This document shows, in pieces, positions 8,465-14,845 of a stretch of 14,845 nt of DNA (position 1 is the first letter of the stretch; each line of letters begins with the position of its first letter). Both the position numbers and the translations under genes were made by a program. Below the pieces are notes generated by a model. That model did not search any database. It was not told the DNA's origin and saw only the letters and a list, made by a program, of their open reading frames with translations. The DNA comes from Octopus sinensis. Its lineage: Eukaryota. The stretch covers positions 1 through 14,845 of the forward strand of contig NW_021825572.1 of the NCBI RefSeq assembly GCF_006345805.1, read 5' to 3'.

Positions 8465-8630
8465 TGGCTGTGCATAGCAAAATCGGTGAAGCGTCCCTCG
8501 AAATACTTTGCGTGGTAGTTAGAAACGTCTCTCAACGTTCTGAGTTCAAATCCTTCTCGGCTTTTACTTTATCTTCTATGCTTCGATTGTCGTTGATATA
8601 AAATAAAGTGGTTGATTTAATTGGCTCCAC
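8465..8630 (+). mobile_element. Old decayed tRNA-derived SINE (related to 11407-11621)
   Basis: A-box-like TAGCAAAATCG, CGAAATACTTTGCG, ACGTTCTGAGTTCAAATCC (B box) and GGTTGATTTAATTGGCT are collinear with the young SINE copy. Confidence 0.6.
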
Positions 8631-8830
8631 AATACTCTTCCCGCCAGGAAGAAGCGAAGTAGGAAATCGATCTGTTATTGTTGTGGTGACATTATTAAAG
8701 AGAAGCCTACTCCAAGCTGGCTTCCGTTGGCTGATGAGCAGGCAAAGAAGATGAATGCCTGGTGTTTCTCCCCTATTGGGGAATTTGTTCATTCAAATAT
8801 TATGTTGTTATTGTTTGTTATTTTCAACAC

Positions 8831-9028
8831 AAGTTGTTCTCAACCATTTTGATACTGGGACCAGATCCAAAAACCTGGATGTTTTTAGGGATCATACCAA
8901 AAAAAGTAAAACGCAAGTCAAAGAAAATTGTATTATATTTATAAAGGGAATAGCGTCGGGGGCCACCGGGGGAGAGGAGAAGCTTGAGGGTCGCGTATGG
9001 CCCTGGGAGCCGCGACTGAGAACCGCTG
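8831..9028. mobile_element. hAT (Charlie-like) MITE, 198 bp
   Basis: Left end AAGTTGTTCTCAACC and right end reverse complement CAGCGGTTCTCAGTC both fit the CAGTGGTTCTCAA-type TIR. The 8-bp flanks TTCAACAC/GTTCACAC resemble a decayed TSD (5/8). Confidence 0.65.
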
Positions 9029-9119
9029 GTTCACACATTTTTATGTAGATCCTGACTGTCCTTTGTATTGTTCTAAATATTTTCGCAGACCTTGTGGTTA
9101 ATAAAGAAAGAAAAGTATT

Positions 9120-9898
9120 ATTAACGGAGAAGAAAACGAAAAGAAAGAGAAGGAAAATGTAGGAGAGGGGAAAGAGAGAAGAGGAAGGAGGGAATAATGT
9201 GAAGGAAATTCCAATTTTCAGAGTTAAGTTGACGTTCGCTGTCACAAACAGACATGTGGAGGGATGGAGAGGGGTAGAAAAGGAAGGAATATGTGTGAGA
9301 AAGGAAGGAGAGTGAGAGGTTGTGATGGAGAAATGGGTAGTAGAGTGATGCAAGAGGGTGGAAGAGAAAGAGAGAATGAAATGATGAAAGAAAGAAAGAA
9401 AGAAAGAAAGAAAGAAAAAAGATGGAAAGAAAGAAAGAAAAAGAATGAAAATAGAAAGAGTGAATGAATGAAAATAGAGAGAAAAAGAAAGAAAGAAAAA
9501 AAGAAAGAAAGATGGAAAAAGATGGAAAGAAGAAAGAATGAAGGAATATAGGAATGAATGAAAATATAGAGAAAAAGAAAAAAGAAAGAAAGGAAGATGG
9601 AAAGAAGAAAGAATCAAGGAATGAAGGAATGAATGAAAATAGAGAAAGAAAGAAACAAACAAACATACAAACAAACAAACAAAAAAGAAAGAAAGAAAGA
9701 TGGAAAGAAGAAAGAAAATGAATGAATGAAAATAGAAAGAAAAAGAAAAAAGAAAATAAAGAGAGAAAGGAAGGAAGGAAGGAAGGAAAGAAGGAAGGAA
9801 ATGATAGCAAAGAAGAAAGGAAGTAAACAAAAAAATGAGAGGAGTGCGAGGTGGAGAAGGAGAAAAATGAAAGAGAAAAATGAGAGACGTGAAGATAG

Positions 9899-9936
<38 letters not shown>

Positions 9937-9990
9937 GATGATGAGAGAGAGAGAGAGATGATGATGAGAGAGAGAGAGAGATGAGTCTAT
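9120..9990. repeat. Polypurine low-complexity tract (GAAA/GGAA/GAAT/GA/GAT units)
   Basis: Plus strand is nearly all A/G; source of the F/S/L- and K/R/E-rich ORFs. Confidence 0.9.
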
Positions 9991-10329
9991 GATGAGAGAC
10001 ATATTGGCCGACCAATCCTTTATGAAACATCACGTCGTGTCATTCACAAACCGGTAGAGTTCATTATGTGAGTTAAATGAGGGGGTGGACAGGTTAACGG
10101 TCTAGTTTTTTCATTCAGCAATTTCAGACGGGTCCACTTCACTTCAATCAATACATGACCGAATATATTTAAGGCTTGTTTTTGTCTTCTTTTTTGTTTT
10201 CCCATTCTTCTTGTTCTTATTGTCCGTTTGCGTCTCCGTATTTGCTGTAAGTATTTCGCTGCGTTTGTTTGTTTTTCTATAATAACCGCAACGGACAAAC
10301 GCTGAGATGTCCTCCGTTGCAATATTTGT

Positions 10330-10462
10330 CATCACCACCACCATCATCATCATCATCATTATTAGTCATTATCATCATCATCAGCATCATTATTATCATC
10401 ATCACCATCATCATCCTCATTGTCATCATCATCATCATCATTATTATTATCATCATTATCAC

Positions 10463-10493
<31 letters not shown>

Positions 10494-10805
10494 GTCATCA
10501 TTCTCATCATCATTATCATCACCATCATCATCATTATTATTATTATCATCATTGTCATCATCATCATCATCATCATTATTAGTCATCATTATCATAATCA
10601 TTATCATCACCATCATCATCATCAATATTATCATCATCATCATCATCATCATCATCATTATCATCATTATCATCATCATTATCATCATCATCATTATCAT
10701 CATCATCATCATTATTAGTCATCATTATCATCATTATCATCATCATTATTATTATCATCATTATCATTACCATCGTCATCTTAATCTTCATCTTCATCAT
10801 TATCA
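10330..10805. repeat. (CAT/TAT)n microsatellite
   Basis: Direct reading; explains the poly-H/I/S/D/M ORFs. Confidence 0.95.
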
Positions 10806-10910
10806 TCTTGGGGATAAACAAAGGACAAATGAAATCAATGTGTGTTCGTGTTTCTATGTCCCACACGCTAATACGTTGATTGCGCCATTGTATGAATATA
10901 CAGTGGGGGG

Positions 10911-10913
<3 letters not shown>

Positions 10914-10956
<43 letters not shown>

Positions 10957-10960
10957 CGCG
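10914..10960. repeat. (TG)n(CG)6 alternating tract
   Basis: TG run followed by CGCGCGCGCGCG at 10949-10960. Confidence 0.95.
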
Positions 10961-10982
10961 TGTGCATGAGCGCGCTTATCAA

Positions 10983-11135
10983 CCAGCCAATCAGATGTCT
11001 CTATAGATCGCTGGTCGCGCACTGCTCTTCCGTTGTCCCTTTCATGGCGCACTTTTTCTTCCATTTGACCCAGAATTATATTAATGCTTGTATGCGTGTG
11101 CATCCCTGCGGACACACAAATGCAAAACAAGGTAC
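10983..11135 (+). promoter_or_regulatory. Possible promoter/first exon (CCAAT box, ETS-like site, candidate donor)
   Basis: CAGCCAATCAGA (CCAAT 10987-91), CTTCCG (11027-32), ATGGCG (11044), AAG|GTACTT (11131/11132); locally CpG-rich. Confidence 0.25.
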
Positions 11136-11149
11136 TTGAAAGCCAAAAA

Positions 11150-11385
11150 ATGGAGGTAAATGCTGAATTTTATTGAAAAATTTTAAAAAACACTTCATGA
11201 CCGTTACTCAAAGTTTCACGAAACTGAACTTCAGACAACAGTAACTGAAGATTGGTTGCTCGAATTTCCCAATAAGGTTCTGTGTAATTTTTCAGCTTCA
11301 ATGAATTTCAAGAGACATGCGTACGCAAGGTGGGCGGGTTAAATTTCACAGTTTGCATAAATTAATTGCAGGTAGGGACACTGTA
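11150..11385. mobile_element. Possible Tc1/mariner relic
   Basis: Reverse complement TA|CAGTGTCCCTACC at 11385 resembles a Tc1/mariner end. The broken peptides EVNAEFY*KILK and TVTEDWLLEFP loosely recall the DDE/D region. No partner TIR was found. Confidence 0.2.
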
Positions 11386-11406
11386 TTTCGTTATGCAACT
11401 ATGAAA

Positions 11407-11621
11407 TAATCCCTTTTTCTATAGGCACACTGCCTGAAGCTTGGAGGAGGGGGTAAGTCGATTATATCAACCCCAGTGTTTCACTGGTACTTAATTTTTC
11501 GACCCCGAAAGGATGAAAGGTAAAGTCGACCTCGGCGGAATTTGAACTCAGAACGTAAAGACGGGCGGAATACCGCTAAGCATTTCGTCCGGCGTGCTAG
11601 CGATTCTGCCAGCTCACCGCC
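11407..11621 (-). mobile_element. tRNA-derived SINE (octopus-type), well preserved
   Basis: Minus GGCGGTGAGC-TGGCAGAATCG (A box)...GAGTTCAAATTCC (B box), then CCTTTCATCCTTTCGGGGTCGAAAAATTAAGTACCAG. That central block resembles, from memory and unverified, the MetaSINE-type core. The tail ends GATTATT. Confidence 0.9.
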
Positions 11622-11626
11622 TAAGT

Positions 11627-11627
11627 A

Positions 11628-11678
<51 letters not shown>

Positions 11679-11706
11679 CAGCAGTAGCAGTAGTAGTAGT
11701 AGTGGT

Positions 11707-11766
<60 letters not shown>
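11627..11766. repeat. (TAG)n microsatellite
   Basis: Direct reading; abuts the SINE 5' end. Confidence 0.95.
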
Positions 11767-12041
11767 CTTCTCATAAGTTTGCATCTGAGGGGTATAGTAG
11801 TCCAGAATCACTCCACGATCGAAATATAAGATGCTCACGGGAACGACAATATTTTAAATGAAAACAAAGTTTGTTTAAATAACCGAAAAAATCCACACAT
11901 CACAGCGTAAGTGCGGTACTTACGTATAAGTATATACGTATATATACGTCTGCACAGATACATATTTGCTTGTGTTAATATTTGTAAGTATGAATATGTA
12001 TTTGTCTGTAAGTGTATTTATATGCGCGCTTGTGTTTGCAT

Positions 12042-12067
<26 letters not shown>

Positions 12068-12080
<13 letters not shown>

Positions 12081-12215
12081 TTAGAGACAAAACCACTATT
12101 ATGCAAATCAGACAATTATATTTAATTTATATAAAATTTTTTATGTATTGGATAAGTCTTTCTTTCTTTGTTTGATTTGCATAATAGTGGTTTTGTCTCT
12201 AATTAATATTATATA
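12068..12215. mobile_element. 148-bp fold-back element/MITE with 43-bp perfect inverted arms
   Basis: TATATAATATTAATTAGAGACAAAACCACTATTATGCAAATCA (12068-12110) is the exact reverse complement of 12173-12215; its left arm merges with a (TA)n run. Confidence 0.75.
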
Positions 12216-12285
12216 ATTTTACTATAATTTGGATTCAATCCTAAATCTGATTTTTCCCTGTAAATTTGGATTTATTCCCTAATAT

Positions 12286-12337
<52 letters not shown>

Positions 12338-12847
12338 GTGATGAATTATATGGTTATTGACGATTTGTCTATTTTCGGCATATTTGGCATTAGAATGTTT
12401 TTTTATTTTGCCCTTGTTTATAAGTTGTTTATATATATATATACATACAAATATTCGTGTGTGTGTGTGTGTGTGTGGACATAATGTTGCATGCGTTCGT
12501 GCATATTTACATGTGTGTATATATGTGTATATGATTCGTCTGTCCGTGTTTAAAAAGAAGAAAGGATAGAAAGAAAGAGACGTCACTTTGATGCCGGGTT
12601 TGGCGGGGGGAAGGGTCACAGTAAGGTGAATGGAGATAATTTTCTTTGGCTGCTCTTTAACAGACATATAACATATTAGAATCTCGAAAATTCCATAGAT
12701 TCACTCTGCTGTTACGATTTGACGAGAAGGAAAATTCACCTTATCAAATAATCGATAAATATATATATTGGCTAGAGTTCATCGTTACAACATTTGGAAA
12801 TATGGAAATTTTAACGTATTCGACACGTGTTTACAGGTGTATGGTGG

Positions 12848-12855
12848 GTAGATAG

Positions 12856-12934
<79 letters not shown>

Positions 12935-13105
12935 CAGACAGATAGAGAGAAAGAGAGAGAGATAAATAGATGGACATAGATAACTAGATAGATAGACAGA
13001 TAAATAGATAGACAGGTAGACAGATAGATAGATAGATAGATACATACATACATACATACATACATACATACGTACGTACGTACATACATACATACATACA
13101 TACAC
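12848..13105. repeat. (GATA)n then (CATA)n microsatellite
   Basis: Direct reading. Confidence 0.95.
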
Positions 13106-13425
13106 AGATGTAAATGCGTGTGTGTATGTGTGTGCGCGTGCGTATGTGTCTGCATCTGTCCTTCTGAGTGTATATCTATACATATATTTGCAGACATACA
13201 TACATATATACACAGATAAGCATACATATATGTACATGTGTATATACACATGTAAGCATCTACATAGTTATGTACACATATCCACAAGAGCACAGTCGCT
13301 GATTTTATTCGTTACGTGTGTATATATATGCTGGACTTTCTGAATGTTTTATATATTTTGACGGTTATCTTTCACAGCTTGTAACAATATCATGTGATTA
13401 GGCAAAAATATAGCAGTCCAATAAC

Positions 13426-14341
13426 GTAAGCAATATTAATATGACACACTTAACCGGATGTGTGTTGTTTAAACGCCAGGATTTGTGGTCTTTTCTTCCT
13501 GGAAAGATCCCTTTAAAGATATATAGTGTTAAAAGACACAGTATACTTCAGAGCAAGGCAAAACGAAATCGTTCTGGAAGTGAACGAGGCCGGCAGATGC
13601 CAATATTTCGTTGGTAATCAATGCTCTGCGCGCGCCTCATAACAGAAATTAAAATCGAAATTGCTAGACTGAAGTCCATACAAATAGCATAAAAACTATT
13701 TGGTGATTTGCGTTTGAGTTACATCTCTCTATATATAAAGCTGAAGTTGTCTGTGTATGGCAGGTTTGGTAGCCTTCAACTAACACTATCTCCTCCGAGA
13801 CCCTGCGGCGCAAGTTGACCAAAATTGAGAGTATGATAGAAGAAGGCTTCCTCTTTCTTCCTTAGAAGAAAAAATTCAAATCGGACCATGTTAACACCAA
13901 AATTTATTTACATCAAAAAGGTGGGATTTTTTCTATGAAAACTTATTTTTTACGATTTTTTGACTGCTGTGTCGCCATTTTTCGGTGTATTTCAACCAGA
14001 AAAATGTTCACTTAAAGAGAATAACAAGCTACATAATGCAAAATGTTTACTTTTCAAAAATTCAAATTCTAAAGGGTCGAAACAAACCCGAGCAACGCCA
14101 GGTGATACTGCTAGTAAGTAGAATAAATTTAGATTTTATGATAATCGTAATGCAATCAAGTAAACGTTATTGCTATGACATATCTTGTATTGTGTTGTTG
14201 AAACGCCTGAAGCTACGATTTTTCGTTCGAGAAAGTCTCCTTGAAGGATATACAGTGTTGGATGTAATACATTGTACTTCAGAGATAGGCGAAACAAAAC
14301 CGCTTCGGAAATGAACGAGAACTGCAGATACCAGAATTTCG
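13426..14341 (+). repeat. Diverged ~185-bp direct repeat pair (13426-13610 and 14160-14341)
   Basis: Collinear anchors ATGACA, TGTGTTGTT.AAACGCC, GATATA.AGTGTT, TACTTCAGAG, TGAACGAG, GCAGAT.CCA, ATTTCG. By manual alignment, 55/72 nt are identical in 13538-13609 vs 14269-14340. Confidence 0.8.
13724..14114 (+). mobile_element. Non-autonomous Helitron (391 bp)
   Basis: Starts A|TC-TCTCTATATATAAAGCTGAAGTTGT and ends CCCGAGCAACGCCAGG-TGATACTG-CTAG|T, with an A/T target and no TSD. Confidence 0.88.
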
Positions 14342-14845
14342 CAGTTCAGTGACTGGAAAGAGTTGTAAAAGAACGACACAGTATTTATTGCTACCGTTAT
14401 TGACCATTATTGTTGGTACAGTTACACATTTTGTGAGTGATTAGATGAAAAGTAGATTTTTTTTCATTAATCATATTCCAATTTGAAGCTAATTACAACT
14501 TTAAACATACAAGTCCTTCCATTTTTACCCACTTCAACAATGTTTACGGTTTTGTTTTCTTTCTATTTTGTTCCTCGTTCAAAGAATATGTTATAAATAA
14601 CACTAGAACGCTTCATTTAATCGGAAAATAATGATGCCCACATGGTACTTTTATCAAATAAAACTAAAATCAATATTTTCATACGACGTATTGATTAAAA
14701 TCGAAGATAATAGTAACATGATCTCAATAATATTTCTTTTGAAGAAAAACTTGTTTACGTTCCGCTTTCATTTTTTCTTCGTATTTTTCTTTTTCTTTCT
14801 GTTTTTTTTTTAAATATTGTTGTTGATGTTGTTATTATTATTATT

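Noticed and set aside
7780-8535. 251-aa minus ORF with a protein-like N-terminal half
   Set aside because: It is the antisense of an RTE LINE 3' end plus a SINE and runs into (CAC)n and (TA)n; no family motif is recognised.
8731-8770. CUGAUGA followed by CAGGCA/UGCCUG hairpin
   Set aside because: No GAAA after the stem, so not a hammerhead.
8637-8830. Plus frame PARKKRSRKSICYCCGDIIKEKPTPSW
   Set aside because: No start or acceptor, it begins inside the SINE tail, and no domain is recognised.
8892-10033. Overlapping long F/S/L-rich minus ORFs resembling membrane proteins
   Set aside because: Translation of the polypurine tract; a polypyrimidine strand cannot easily encode stops.
10144-11139. 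Poly-His/Ile/Ser/Asp ORFs
   Set aside because: (CAT)n microsatellite open in several frames on both strands.
11407-11621. tRNA gene
   Set aside because: A and B boxes are present, but there is no cloverleaf and the sequence continues into a SINE body and tail.
11786-11838. CUGAGGG...GAAAUAUA with GCAUCU/AGAUGC pairing
   Set aside because: The pairing consumes core nucleotides, A9 is missing and stem II does not form.
12715-12754. CGAU-UUGACGA...AAAUA-AUCG hammerhead-like layout
   Set aside because: It would need two separate deletions (G12 and helix III) to fit; over-fitting.
13538-14340. Coding interpretation of the diverged direct repeat
   Set aside because: Second-position changes equal third-position changes, and indels break the frame.

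Overview
AT-rich, microsatellite-saturated animal genomic DNA that is essentially non-coding. The SINE, the repeat mix and the low gene density strongly resemble an octopus/cephalopod intron or intergenic region (inference). No recognisable gene is present; almost all supplied ORFs are translations of simple repeats. Supported elements: two ~390-bp non-autonomous Helitrons with matching termini (586-978 minus, 13724-14114 plus), an orphan Helitron-like 5' end (1764), one well-preserved and one decayed tRNA-derived SINE, the 3' end of an RTE-clade LINE, a ~200-bp hAT-type MITE and a 148-bp fold-back element. The most interesting signal is a set of minimal type I hammerhead ribozyme motifs of the Penelope-like-element/retrozyme kind. 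One is intact (2057-2120, plus), two carry the compensatory U3-A8 core variant (3709-3753 and 7877-7914, minus), and two more are decayed.
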